From Botryllus schlosseri (Eukaryota): a stretch of 64,000 nucleotides of DNA. The stretch is taken from positions 14,322,001 to 14,386,000 of the forward strand of contig CM119385.1 of NCBI GenBank assembly GCA_051294905.1. Direction: 5' to 3'. Position numbers and translations under genes: made by a program. Shown one piece after another: positions 1-17,887 of this stretch (its first letter is position 1; every line of letters begins with the position of its first letter). The notes under the pieces were generated by a model that was not told the DNA's origin, did no database searches, and saw only the letters and a program-made list of their open reading frames with translations.

Positions 1-1429
1 TAGGACATGTCCATTTGTAAGAGTCACCCCAGAAAACGAGTAGTCTATTGTCACGTAGGCCTATGACGCAATTTCCATTCGCAAGACACTGGACGGTGCG
101 TTGACGCCTCTCGGCAAATAATGGGTTTCGGCGTCGTTAGTGCTATGCAGACGTTTGTTTTATGGTTGGTTGGCGCCCCGTTGCAGTTGTGCTTTGTTGT
201 GATACATGTCGGTGGCGCCAGGGTTGGGTTTTGACTGCGAGCCCTTCTTTCGTGCATCAAGATTTTGTTCTGTTCGTGCGTGCTTTCGTTCGCGATTGCG
301 ACGATGTTCGGTCGCGCAGTCGATCGATGACTCGGTATCTGCCAGTTGTGGACCCGTTACGAAACTTGGGTACCCGGCGATTTAATGACATTGGTGAAAC
401 GGACCATCTTTCGACGTGAAGTCACGATTTCGCGACGCTAGTTTTCTCAGCTCTACGGGGGCGAATAAGGTGTTCGATTGCGAAACAGGCGTGTTTATTC
501 GCGCGTGATTAGGGGTGTTACGATTCACTCCCTACATTCTGAATCGATTTTAGTTCCCTTATATCATCATTTCATCGATTCAAAACGTGTAAAGATGGGA
601 AGGAGTCGAAACGACTTGGAGGTTTGGAGTCGAATCTTCCAATCAAACGCCCACCTTGACCGGAAATAGAGCATGAGTATGAGCCACGGAGCTTTCCTGT
701 TATGCAGCAGTTGATTTCAACCCAAGTGTTGCGAAGGTGCCAACCTTTTTATTGGCGATCAGTCTCGCAGATACTTCCGTGAGTATAGATCTTGGGCGAC
801 TGTGCTGACTTTTTTTTAGTAATCAACCTAACCTGTCTGGACCAACGTGCTGATCTTAGTTTTTAGTAATCAGCATAACGGCCACTGGACATTTTCAAAT
901 TTACCACCACGGAAAGGTTGGGAACGAGAATCACTATGGCGTAGAACATGTAAATAAGAGGCTTGAACATCAAAATAAAAGTAAAAATATAACATAGAAA
1001 AGACCAGTGATGAAAATAAGTTAGAAGATATATCTCTCTACTTGCACCCGTGATATAATTGTTACCACCTGTCGCGTAGTCGCACACACGCTCGGAAATA
1101 TCAGCTTTGAATTCGGTTCCATCAGTTAATCGTGCTGATCAGAACACTTCACACTGTTTACATGTAAACGCTGCTCGTTATAGTGTAACGCTTTTCAAAC
1201 ACTAATCTGGGGATAGGCCTATCACGTCGCGTGTAAGTATTACGTAACATATATTGTGTCTCTGGCCGAATTTTGTTTCATATGGCGAACGAGTTCCTTT
1301 TTACGATCTGCAGCGTCGAAATTATGGTAGAATACGATTTAATCGGTGCGTGTTCTAGTCTTGCTACGGGAATCGTGGCGAACATTTTTGTTTGTGAAAT
1401 GAAACGCAGCCGTAACGCCCGCTGAGCAG

Positions 1430-2047
1430 TAGGGCTGTTCAAAAATAACTTTTTTTTCCCGATTCAAGCCGGTCACCTCTTAAATCGTCAGGTTGCAGTA
1501 GAAAACCTTGCTCACCAAATTTCACTCGATTTCAACCAGTAAAGGTCTCCGCAGATCCAATTAAAATTTTTAATTTATTATGGAAAATAAAAAATAAAAA
1601 TTTCCAAATTTTTCTGCCAACCCCATGAAATTGTTGAGCTGTCTTCAAAGACGTTGCAAAACAAATTTGAGTCAATTCCGACCAGTAGAAGCGGAGTTAT
1701 GTGAGTTTTTCGATGATATTTCTCGGATTATCCTTGATCGGTTGATAATCCGCGATTTATCAACGAAAAACTCACATAACTCCGCTTCTACTGGTCGGAA
1801 TTGACTCAAATTTGTTTTGCAACGTCTTTGAAGACAGCTCAACAATTTCATGGGGTTGGCAGAAAAATTTGGAATTTTTTTTTTTTAAATTTTTCATAAT
1901 AATTTAAAAATTTTAATTGGATCTGCGGAGGCCTTTACTGGTTAAAATCGAGTGAAATTTGGTGAGCAAGGTTTTCTACTGCAACCTGACGATTTAAGAG
2001 GTGACCGGCTTGAATCGGGGAAAAAAAGTTATTTTTGAACAGCCCTA
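1430..2047. mobile_element. Foldback/MITE, hAT superfamily, 618 bp near-perfect palindrome
   Basis: Starts tagggctgttcaaaaataac and ends gttatttttgaacagcccta. The two ~300-bp arms are reverse complements with few mismatches. Perfect 8-bp TSD ctgagcag (1422-1429 / 2048-2055). A diverged arm fragment lies at ~38030-38170. Confidence 0.93.
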
Positions 2048-5000
2048 CTGAGCAGGGATGAAAAATGGATTTACTATTTCCATATCTTCAATATACAGTC
2101 GAATATTTTTGAAATAAACCCGACTATTTCCGGCTGATACATGTCAGGGTAGAGAATTGTAAAAAACATCGCATAACAACAATCGTATCCCCATGTATGG
2201 CGTCACGGGCATGAACTTTCGAATGAACGCCGCGGCGAGCTCGTTTGAGCTCAATGTACTGTTATTAGAGGGTGCGCGAGCTCCGTCTGTTACCGCAAAC
2301 TAGGTTGGACCGAAACGTGACGAGTGTCAGCTAAAATTATTCGGGCTTATTTCAATACGAATATATTATTCAATTGTATATTACAGCTCCGTTCCTACAA
2401 CAGTCTCCAATATTTCAATATCCAAATCTTCAAATACGCATTTCTCAGATTCAAATCCATTATATTGCTCACTGATCATATGTGCCAGTAGATTGGTATC
2501 GATCAACGTTTCCGTCAGTGGCACTTGATATCTCGCCGTCTTTTCTGTGAACATAATCGGTATTTACAATTATTATCTGCACAAGACACATGATGAACAG
2601 ATAGAAGGATGTCGAAACAATCAAGTACGGTCTCTCAACCTCACATTCACCCCCCCCCCGCCTAAATTGGCATTAGCAGCATAGCATAGTACAGTATGCC
2701 TATAACATGGCCTTCATGCACTTGTTTTGGGTGCTCTGAGTTCGTATCTCCCTTATCATTCTCCTTCTCGTATACGACCGTAGTCGGGCCTTTCTCGGGT
2801 TTTGTGTGAAGATAAACCTACAATCGAATCGTCGAGATGATGAGACGCGAACCGCAGGCTCTCGCTGAGGCTTAACCAGCTGCGCCAACTCCCCGCATCG
2901 CAGCATCGTGTCCTTGTTATCTTCCGACGTAATTTTTCAGCCCATTCCGGACAAGAAAAGTCGCGATTTTTCGATAAGAGCGAGGGGATTGTTCCTTCGG
3001 TATTAGTATTGTTTGTTTAGTATTCATTGGTAACATCAATTTAGCTACTGAATCGAGTAACAGGACACCTATCAACGTGCGCGAAATTTGAGTATATGTT
3101 TCGCCGTGTCGCACCGAAACTGAGATAATTTGTAAATCAGGAAATGTGACTACCACTAATCTAGCGTCAAACGAGGCTGTTTTTCCAAATGCCAACAATC
3201 GTAATCAGACGCGCCGAACATTAATGATGCGGGGGAAGATACCGGTATTTCTTCGCTTCTATCAACAGATACACAAAGATTCGCCTATGCGACACGAAAC
3301 TACCGTGGCGTCTTATCAAATTACCGTCTATCGACACCCTTTGCCGTACTCCCGGATTAGGTTTTGCATAATTGGTCTTTGATGTCCTCGAGAAATAAAA
3401 AAGAATTATCGCGGCGCCAGTAAGAACTAGTTATACTGGCGAATCGCATCGCTAATATTTTACGGTCGGACTTTTAATTATGCTGGTCGCCAAAGCGAAT
3501 CGCCGCCTTTGCGATCGAGTCGGAAGGGGTTTTAATTTTGGTTTTTCATCGCATCGTAAAGGAAATCTTCCAGCTTCTCTTCCTGGTGACCTGGTCGCTT
3601 GCAGCGCGTTCGGCTGTGTCGTTGTCTTGATTATTCTTGCAAAGCCGCGAGTTATTACGTGTTTTGAACCTGCACGACCTATATCTCAGATTGTTTTCGT
3701 GCGTCATTCTGCAGTTGACGATTAGCAGACTTGCGTGGTGTGAAAGACGCACCCCGTCGCGGTGTAACTTGAGGCTTTCTGCTGATGGCCTCCCTGTGCG
3801 CGCTGTACAGAACATTTTACTTGTTAGTGCACACCAGACTTGGGCAACTGGATAATTAGAGCGAAATGCCAGTAATCTAGCACGAATTTAATTTGTGAAA
3901 TGTTTGTATGCACTAATTTTAATTCTCATCAATCCTGGTATATTCATATTGAAATGAACCCGAATATTTTCGGCTGACACTCTGGTTTTACTGAATATGC
4001 TACAGCAGAACTGAATAGTGCGGAACGACTCAAGCTAGGTGTACTGTACAAGTGTACAGTGTACAGACATCTGACATTCTCATGACAATGACCTCTGAAC
4101 TGACATGAACTCAACTTGCTTTTATTTGTATTTCTTTCTTATCCGGAATTAAAATTCAAGTTGCGAATTCACTAATTCTAATCTAAATTGGAAAAAATGT
4201 TGACAAGTCGCGTTGTACGGGCTCGCTGCGTAGCGTAACGCCGTAATGTATGATGTAATCAACGCTATGCGAATTGATGACAATTATTCGAAATGAATGA
4301 CTTCCGGATCCGTACATTCCATTTATTACCACCTAACGACACCCGCATGACAGGCGCCGAGTGCTACTTTTAGGATTCGGATTTCGAAGTGGCCGTCGTT
4401 AACACGAGGCTGGTCGATATCTCGGCCTCTTATTCCAATGTTGTCACACAGTGCGGGGCTTTGTGTAATAGAACTCCGCAAAAGATCTGGCGAAAAGCAA
4501 TGAACTTGCGGACGCAAATTGTTTCTTCCGAGTGGGTGGCTGGAACTGCTGTCTTGCTTAGACCTAGTCGCAACGTCAATTGCCGATGATAAATGTTGTT
4601 CTGAAGTACGTTCAAGTGAATATTTGAAACCCGGTTTAATTAGAAATATGCAACGTGTTTCAACTTCAAAGCTCGGGAAGGTATATAACTTGATGTCATC
4701 GGTGACTGATATAATTCCGCGCGGCAGACAGACGGAATGATTTACGGGCGCCTGTGTCTTCCCGTGTTTTTCCAGCGGTTTCTGGGTCAAGTCGAAATAT
4801 AGCTTATTATAATCTGTGCCTGGCTTTGACAAAGCGAGTACGCGAATTCTGCCGTGTCGAAAGCTGGCTCAACTCAGTCGCTTTCCTTATCTGACGACGG
4901 GTAGCGCTGCTCTCGGCGTCAATCCATCGGCCGGTAGTTAATCCTAATTATGCCTGTAATTTGTACATGTACTGTACAAGTGTACAATGCTTCGAGAGCG

Positions 5001-6103
5001 CTGTAGGCGTTGATGTTCGCGCTCCGGTTTGTAACCATGCCTGCGTTTTCCTTATCGCGGGTGCTACGTTTTAGTTCTTCCGCCCGTGCTGGTACCGAGA
5101 CACAGCGAATTCGTGCCATCGCACAGCATGATACACCGCGGCAGGGAATCTTCGCACGGTCACATGCCACCGAACGCCATCTACTCCGCCGAAAACGGGA
5201 TGTACAATGCTTCCGGGTGAGATAGTGTATTCACGTGATGGATATCCAGTTCTATTGTCTGATAATTCAGACTGGTAACAAAGATTCGAGTATTAATTGT
5301 AATGATTCCAGTCGAGTATTGAGAGAGGATCTTTTGCAGTACTGGTACTGAAAATATACTTCCCTGTCTGCTAAGAGTTTATTTCGAAGTTTTTTGCCAA
5401 CACAACATGAAAGCCTTGCAACCTCAATAAGTCGTATCACAGTCACAACATTCGATACATGTACGTAGAGTAGTACAAAGTTAAGCGCGTTAGGGGAAAT
5501 TATAATTTCTTTAAAGCCGTGACCAAACCACAGCAATGTTCCGAAGTAGGTATGGTCGAAATGATACCAAATTGTCTTCATGAGGTTTAGGACTAGCGCC
5601 AATTTCTTTGTGATTTTGCCCAGCCCTGCTCGGGACGCGGTGTGGAATACTGCTGACGCATCGCCGCGATTGGCCAATCACAGGAATCGTATTTCGATGT
5701 CGCCGCGCGGTATCAATTTTGTGGAGTCGATTAATAATAAACTTGATCAGGTGTCGTGTTGACTTTGAGGTGACGGTGGTAATATTATCTCGTGCCGATA
5801 TAAAAGTCCTGCGCATAGAAGTAGACGGCAGACTCGAGATGTTAATCACGTCACCCGTGTATTCCACAGTGTACAGAACTGTCAAGTATAAGTACTTAGT
5901 CCAAAGTCATAACCACCTCAGTATGTAGTGCCAGTTTGCAAAACCCACTCCAATGCTCCGTAAACTAGAGGTACTCTGTTACTGGCCAGTGGCCACCTCT
6001 GACCCTTCGCTATAGTTGTATTTTGGCATAGGCCTGTTTTCCACCCGTGCATTTCAACGCAGTAGCGTGTTCTCAAATTTCAATTAGGCACCTTGTTTTG
6101 CAG

Positions 6104-10323
<4,220 letters not shown>

Positions 10324-11488
10324 CGATTTCGGACCGTGAGGCGCCGGCGATGTTTTCCTATTTGCGGGACTTCGTGCAGAGTTGAGCGGCGATTGTAATC
10401 GCCCCTGAATGATAGACTTTGAAGCGGTTCTCGGGCGCGATCGATGAAAGCTTTGGGCTCCGACTGACGCAGTCGGAGGTCCTGCGGATTAAGACTTCAC
10501 ATTTCGGATGTGTCCGATATTAATTTCAGCCCGAATCCTTTTTTATAATACCTTTACCTTCTTGCAAGTCCTCGTACCTTCCGCAGATAGCGCGGTCGAA
10601 AAGATTTGATGACGCGAAAGACGTCTCTACAGTGACGTCATAATACCGGCTGTGAGCGGCGGAGATGATTATGATTACTATTATTATTGATGAAATTGTG
10701 TCGCCGCGCGTTGCGACTTGAGCCTCGCTGGCTTGATACTGTAATGTCCCGTCGACGAGGACTATTGTCTTGTTACTGTGGACTTTCTCTTTGTGAGGGT
10801 AATGTTTGGTAGTAACGAACATACGTAGTGGAATTTCAGACTTATGAGTAGCGCTTTTAAGTTGCGTATACTTTGAACCGCCAATTTTAGATCGGCCCGC
10901 CCTGGTTTACCTTACCATTAAATCTTTTGGACGGCCGTTATTTATTAAGTAGTCCCGGTTTCGATTACATCCGCGAGTAGTTGTTGGATATTTCCCTCTT
11001 TAACGACGATAGCACTTGAAAATGAGCGACAGTTTCGTTTGGTGCAGGCGAAGCTACGATGGCTTGTCTTGGTCACAGAGCCCGCGTTTTGCGTTTCATT
11101 ATCTTCGTAGATTACTCGCTGCCTCGATTGGGTTTGTTTGTTGCTGGAAATGGGGGCAAAAACCCTCTGATTTCAACGGTGCTTGCAATGCTATTACGTA
11201 CTGGTGCTAGATCGAGTATCGCGTGGTGTGATGATGTTACCGCAATTGGATTCCGGTTTGAACCTCAATCGAATTAAGATTCGTGCCTGATTGCTTTCCG
11301 TTTTTCGTAGATACTATTTGCTGCCAACTTATTTTTTTCCATTATTAAATTTTCCCTTTCCAGTGTCGCATGTTTGTGTGGTAGCAAAGACATGTAGCCG
11401 GTAGCCTAAAAACGAACCCAATCGATCGTGATAGTCGTAGGCTGGTGGTCGGGAAACAATTAGAGCTGTTTTAGAAGTGTGTGGCGAT

Positions 11489-11582
11489 TAGAGCTGGGCA
11501 CAATGATTCGAGTCGATAAGTAAGAGATAGGAGTTTCTCGAGTACTGAACTTATACGCTCCTTGCAATTTTGCCCAGCCCTG
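11489..11582. mobile_element. Internally deleted ~94-bp derivative of the 8422-8936 MITE family
   Basis: Ends tagagctgggcacaatgattcg ... ttttgcccagccctg; shares internal agtactgaa-ttatacgctcc with the 8422 element; TSD degenerate. Isolated ends of the family also occur near 10040-10072 and 61110-61150. Confidence 0.7.
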
Positions 11583-11699
11583 GTGACCATTGACTCAACA
11601 TGGGTATCACAGGAAATGGAATGGTCAGTGCCGGCGTGGCATTTTCAAAAAAGTCCATGACAACAGTTAGAGATAGGCGGAATCTTTATTTGTCTACAT

Positions 11700-13041
11700 C
11701 AGTGGTTCTCAACCTTTTTCGCCTCGCGGACCGGTGAACCTTCAAAATTGAAATGAAGCCAAAATGTAAAGTATGCGACTGTTTTTTGCAATTATATGGT
11801 GCTAGAGAGTGACATTTAGAGGGTTTTGGTCGTAGTTAATTATATTCATGATGGCATCCATGTGATTTTATGGTAGTGAGTCTGCCGAGTCGAGGTTAAA
11901 TTGCCTTGCCACATAAACGTGCTACCGCCGAGAGTCGTTTACAGTCTCTCGCGCAGAACGCCGTGGGATTAAGTGACCACGCCAACTCCAATAATATTTT
12001 TCTCTTTGATAATATCGAGAGTAGAAGCGTTTCGGAGTCGAACCAAGCATCTTGTCGTGCTACCTTGCTCATGCCCACTGCCACCAGACGAAGGCTACTC
12101 TGCCAACTACGAATAAAATGCGTGCCGCAAGAAAACACATTACAGCAGCTATACCGGCCATCCACAAATCCGGAACGAAAAAGCACTTCTTCAGCCAACC
12201 CACAAAAACGTTGGTCTTATGACCCCCACAGGGCGATAAGCCAAGCTTCCGGGGGATTCGTCTCCAGACCCTACAGTTGGGTGGATATTTCACCTGTACT
12301 TGTGATCACATCTATTCTACTCAGCGTAAGCAGAGAGTTTACGTAAATGATCGCGCCAACGGCGAAAATTTTCGATCATTCACAACCGAAGCGGTTTTCT
12401 CGCGGCCAAATTTTTGGTCCACATTTCGGAGTCCCATGTTAACCTAAACTTCATTATGTGTTGGTGCGTCGTGACGCGGTGATGGCTGACGCCGAAATCC
12501 CTACAAATCATGCGTATTTCTCGGAGAAGGGCACATAATAAGCAAGACATTTAGGCTCACTAATTCGTGCAAAGCGCGAAAAGAAATTGAAAAATGCTGG
12601 AAAAAGTTTTAAATAAATACGCTGATTTATGTTCATTGGCGAAATGATTTTGGGCCCTTTTCAAGCTCGGCCCCTCTCCAATTAAGCGGTTTGGGGTGTC
12701 CCAGTTACGGTCCTGCACAAAATGAATGAATCGAAAACCAATGATCAAATTGCGCTATTTAGCGATGAGTGAGCTCGTATCTGTTCTGTATTTGTCGCTC
12801 GCATGTCGTAAAATGAAACGTCTTGAACTTTAAGTCAAATCGAACATGTTTCCAGCCCTAATGTTACCTCACAAAGTTATGAATCAGTTTATAATTTGAT
12901 GTTTTATTTATTTTATCAATGGACCAGCCTTCAACATTGCATCTTGAAATTAAAGTATAAAATTGTAATTTACCTGGCGGACCGGCAGGAATGTCGTCGC
13001 GGACCGGCACCGGTCCGCGGACCGGCGGTTGAGAACCACTG
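11700..13041. mobile_element. Non-autonomous hAT-Charlie element, 1342 bp
   Basis: TIRs cagtggttctcaacc / ggttgagaaccactg; GC-rich cggaccgg subterminal motifs; perfect TSD gtctacat (11692-11699 / 13042-13049), resembling the Charlie NTCTAGAN preference. Confidence 0.93.
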
Positions 13042-13619
13042 GTCTACATTACATATCAACGCCTCACAACAAAAATGTAACGAAGTGAAATGCAAGGTAG
13101 GCAGTCTTCAGAGCCGAGCCACCCAGGAGAGGAGCAATTATCACAGTTGATAACTAATAAATTATCTAGTCACCGTCAGGATGCTATTCGACTGAACGTT
13201 TCAATGTTAGCTCAAGGCGCAGAAATTCGCTGGGCCTATTTCTTTACGATTATCAACGTAAGAGATTCAGGTAGGTCCAATCCATTCGGATCATGAACAA
13301 TATTTCAAGAACAGTACCCACCTTGACGTCCATCTGCAATAACAGAATACTACATAATGTTTAATTTTCGTCAAACAAGCGTAGTTCTACGTTGTACTTT
13401 ACGTGAGTGTAGGCTACAATGTTGTACTATGTACAATTGTACATTGTACATTGAGCGGGAAAATGCGACTGAGCTGAACACGTGAAAGTGAAGTATTCGA
13501 GGGTACAATTGCAGTAGGTGACATCGCAATGTGATTATCGTAATCGAGTAGCTACGCTACTACAAGATCCGAATATCGTCATTTATTCCAGTAACATTTG
13601 AGTCATCATTAACTATATT

Positions 13620-13938
13620 TAGTGCGGGGCGGATCGACAAATTCTCCGGTCCGACTCCTAGGCCGGATTCTGGAAATGACTGTGATCCGAATATTGATTG
13701 AAACAAAGCACACAGGAAATAAAAGATCAAGCCCAACCCTAATCTGAAGTAATTATGTCGACTTGGACTTAGCATGCGGTTTATTTCCATGAACTGTTCA
13801 ATGTAAGTATTGGTGGCTGGGTGGAAGAGGACCCAAGGCTGCCTTTTTTTCGGTGAAAAAGTACGGATAAGGCTCCGGCCAATATTGAGGAAATCCAGCC
13901 TGATATCCAATCCGGCTTCGATCTGTTGCAGCAATTAA
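13620..13938. mobile_element. Degenerate copy of the ccggagccgg-rich hAT MITE family (see 41793-42199)
   Basis: Left end tagtgcggggcggatcgacaaa matches the reverse complement of the 42199 end; shares aaaaaagtac-gat-ggctccggcc and gatatccaatc-ggct; right end eroded. Confidence 0.7.
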
Positions 13939-15559
13939 CGGTTTATTGTCTCTGGTGATCTGTATAAAAGTATAGCTAACCAATCGTCTTGGTGCTCGGC
14001 TATACAATACTTATCTGGAGATAGCCTGTTGCTCTTGGTGAAGTTATTCGTGACAGATATATACTCAATAGAATGGTTTATTCAAATGTTATACAGTAGT
14101 TGCGTATAGAGTCTCCATCATAATCAAAGTAATCTCTAACACGCGTTACATACACTTAAATAGAGTCTCAAGACATCATAACAAGAAGGGAAGTATAGTT
14201 TCTTATTAGAGACATAGCGGAATATCATGGACGAGTGATCACAGCGGGATAGCTACAATGTACCCCGTTCAATCAAGAACAAGGCCAGAATGAAATGATT
14301 AGGGAGTTATGAAAGTATGTTTCTGTGGCGACATTTTCCTGCTGGAAATATCGTAACTATACATTAATATAAATGGATAATTAAAATTATATAGCAGGGC
14401 CAACATATTTTGAGTTCCAGAAAATAGGACACTTTTACAAATCAAAAAATCTATAATATCGGACGAAAAAATACAGGAAATTCTGTGTTGTGGACTAAAA
14501 ATGAAAAAAAAAGACATTATTTCGTCTCGACTACCGAAAGACCCGCCCGCGCGACGTATGGTAAAACCCTATTAGGCAAGCGGTACCCGAACCTGTCGCA
14601 CCATGAATTTTGAATTCTTTACCACCCTGGCACTCGATCAATTTTACAATTATTTAAGTGGCGCTTTACAATAAATTTGGATAAGTTGAAAAAGTAGGAA
14701 TATAGCGTTGCAGCGCCTTGCTTTCTCTCACCTATCCGTTATGGAATATAACCACATCACGTGACTTCTATTTACCGTTGGTATAAAACCAAGTGCATAT
14801 CGTATCTTGGAGTCCTTGAGAATATGAGACATATATGTAATACAAAACCTACTGTTTGATTTATCCGTACAATATATATCTGGAAAAGGCAAATGGTCGT
14901 CTGTTGAACTGCTAGTCAAGAACTCATTCGTCAGCACGTTCGTACCAGCTGTACCGCCGCAGTTGAGTATATTGGTAAGTCGTTATCCGTAGACAACGGA
15001 CTCGCTGTATAGCCTCACAGGCTATTGGAAGACAAACCGCGTTCTATATAGCGTAATTCAATAGACGGATTAGTATCCAAATGGATTGACAAACTTTTTT
15101 ACATAACAAAAGGTGACACTTATAAAATTATTTCGCCCTTTTCCCAAAAAGAATGGCTTGGACTAGATTTTCTATAATTATAAGCCACGTGGACCGACTT
15201 CTCCGCTGAGCGATTCCGCAAATAGGATAGGATAGGCCGATATTTTTGTCCATAATGTTTTTGCGGCATATACAACGACTCATGATAGGCTACACACATC
15301 CAGGGCCAAGTCGCTTCGGCGTTCGGCACACGCCTATCTTTTCATTATATCGCAATCTTGTGGTGTATTGATTTGATAAAAAATTTCATAAAATGATGAT
15401 GATGCCAGTTTAAGAGACCGCAACTGGTCGTTCAGCATCCTCATATCTGTTCATTACATCGCAGTGTGTCTTAATCAGATGATTGTTATTAAGGGGACTC
15501 AACATTACATCGCAAATCAACATAGCTTATAGAGTATTTTGCATACGATCGTATCGCTA

Positions 15560-15703
15560 CGATTGTTGATATACGATGTTCTTTTGAATTCTCTACTAAT
15601 TGCTGACGATTACCCCTGACGAGTGTCAGCCGAGAATATTCGGGTTCATCTCAATATGAATATACTATTCCATTGTATATTGAAGTTCTGTAGGCCTACC
15701 TCC
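15560..15703 (+). repeat. Dispersed ~140-bp repeat with a hammerhead-ribozyme-like core (representative copy)
   Basis: Copies at ~2083-2175(-), 2318-2395(+), 3935-3985(-), 15560-15703(+), 27736-27838(-), 27915-28035(+), 60375-60515(+). Consensus ...ctagttgctgacgattacccctgacgagtgtcagccgaaaatattcgggtttatttcaatatgaata...ggagttctgtacctcc. The repeat is certain; ribozyme identity is inferred. Confidence 0.8.
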
Positions 15704-17324
15704 AAAAAGCTGTTCAGAGTATTTTGCGGGAAACTTCCCAAAACTTCAAAATATTTTTCACGCGATTCAGTGGAATTTAATGTCTACTATTTAATATGGG
15801 CTCCCTGAGCGCCGCAAGAAATATATACGCATCATTTATAAAAATTAAGACGCATGTCAGCGCCAGTCATTGTTCCGAGACACTTCAAGACTTCTGTAGT
15901 GTCGGCCAACACGCGATTTCGCGAGGTGTGTTGCCAAATAAAACCTTAGCCCAGGGGCCTCAAACACGCGGTCCGCGGGTCTGACCCGGCCGGGGACCGA
16001 ATAATCAACGAATAGCCTATCAAGAACCCGGACGCTCCACCTTTAGTCACGTAATCTTGTCGGTAGTAGCTGGCGATACCTGTGATATGTCAAACTCGAT
16101 GCACATCAACATTGGCTGACCCATGATTGTTGTTTAAGGGTCGGCAGACCGTCACCTCAAGTCATAAAATGAATATAAAAATGGTCCATATATCTATATG
16201 CGGCAGAAACGGGCCATGCGTCACCTCCGAACGGATTTTTCATCATAAACACTATAAACAGCTAGACCTGATACATCAAATGACGGGTGCCTTATGCCGT
16301 GGAGAAGAAAACAGAGTGACGCGTCACATTTTTATCCACTCAAGACACACAATGCTCAATGCGATGTACTGAACAGGGTTCCATACGTACTCCTTTAGGA
16401 GGTTTTGTCCTACTTTTTCCGGAATTTAAAAATCAACACAACAATTGTTGCTCAAAACCAGCTGTTTTCAATTTCCTAAAACTAACTTTTATTATTTTAA
16501 AAACGTGTTTCCTTTCCGAATTCCAAAATAATATAACCCTTGAGATAGGAGGATCTCGAAACGACCGAGAACGGTCTTTCAATCTAACGCAGGGGTTCTC
16601 AACCTTTTTGCTGCTTGTGCCGCTTTGTCAGGACAACGATTCTTCGTACTCTAAAATATTCCGATCGAATTTTTAAGAGATATTTATTGGTAAGTTAAAT
16701 GCATTTATAGAACCCAATCCTAGTGTACGTTAAACCGTTATTTCACACGAAAATCTGTTATTTTGTTTTCATATTTTGTTGCTGCTTCATCGATAAAATT
16801 AGCTCATACGGTGGGTCGATGTACTCCAGACAACCAGCAGCTCAATAATAATAATAATCAATAATCGTCAGATTATATTTTGTTGCGGACGATTACTGAA
16901 CTTATTCTGGTCATCATGGTCGAAGAGTCACTTTCAGTAATTAGCGTGCAGCGTGCTTTATTTTCATTTTTGCGCTTTCTTCGCTCGTTTCCATTCGCTT
17001 TTCTGTGTTCGTCCTTCGCCTAGCCTAGCCTTTCTCTGGGCTAATTTGTATAAGACCAGAAACGCAGGGGAAGAAATGAATATAATTCTCATCCGGGCAC
17101 CGGAAACCTTCTGAAACCGTCATATGATATTCAATTTTTCATTGCAGGGCAGGTCATCTATGCGCTGTCCATTGTGGCACAACAACGCGTAGTTGGAAAT
17201 GGAACGTGTTCCCTTGAACCTACCGAATTTTATGTCGTGACTCGGTGGTGCCCGTCTGCCGGTGTCAGGCGCCATAGAGCCAATGATAAAAGGCGAGTCG
17301 TATGGTCAGAATAACAGAAATAAC

Positions 17325-17887
17325 CAGGGTTGTAATGACTCAAGTCATGACTCGACTCCAGTCCGACTCGAGTCACCATTTCCTGATTGCTCGACTTGAC
17401 TCGAGTCATTTTCTCAAAAACACGGAAAGGACTCGACTCGAACTCGAATTGCGCATGACTCGAACCAAGTCATATGACTCGAAATTCAGACGACCAAGAC
17501 CGACATTTTATTGAAATTTCGATGAATAGTAAAACAACCACAGTATTGGGATTACGTCCATTGGTACTGATACTTGAAAATGCGACCAGAAACTGCTAAA
17601 AGTGAGAAAAATTGGTATATTGTAAATGCGAACCATTCTATTTCACCAAACAAAGTTATAAAACGTGGAATTACCAAGACTTCAACTGGAAACTGACCAG
17701 TCAAAACAATGACTTGGACTCAGCCTCGAGTCATAATACCATGACTCGGACTCGACCCTCTGCTCGCTGACTTGGACTCGGACTTCACTCGTTGGTGAAT
17801 TGAAAATGACTCGACTTGACTCGAGTCAAAACTATAAAAGTGTGATTGACTTGTGACTCGGAGCCTTGTGACTTGGTTACAACCCTG
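17325..17887. mobile_element. hAT MITE (cagggttgtaa family), 563 bp, gactcga-rich
   Basis: TIRs cagggttgtaa / ttacaaccctg; perfect TSD gaaataac (17317-17324 / 17888-17895). Lies ~400 bp upstream of the BTB ATG. Confidence 0.92.

Noticed and set aside
1-6100. SMAD MH1 exons
   Set aside because: No MH1 motifs (KRLLGWK, LDGRLQVSHRKG, CINPYHY) seen in any frame; they are presumed upstream of the window.
11906-12346. 146-aa ORF inside the Charlie element as a transposase
   Set aside because: No BED finger, DDE or hAT dimerisation motif; it lies in non-autonomous filler.
13560-14007. Minus-strand ORFs resembling a membrane protein
   Set aside because: They fall mostly within the degenerate MITE at 13620-13938, with an in-frame stop upstream.
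14728-15329. Two short minus-strand ORFs as a separate gene
   Set aside because: They are separated by multiple stops, have no recognisable motif and no consistent splice chain.
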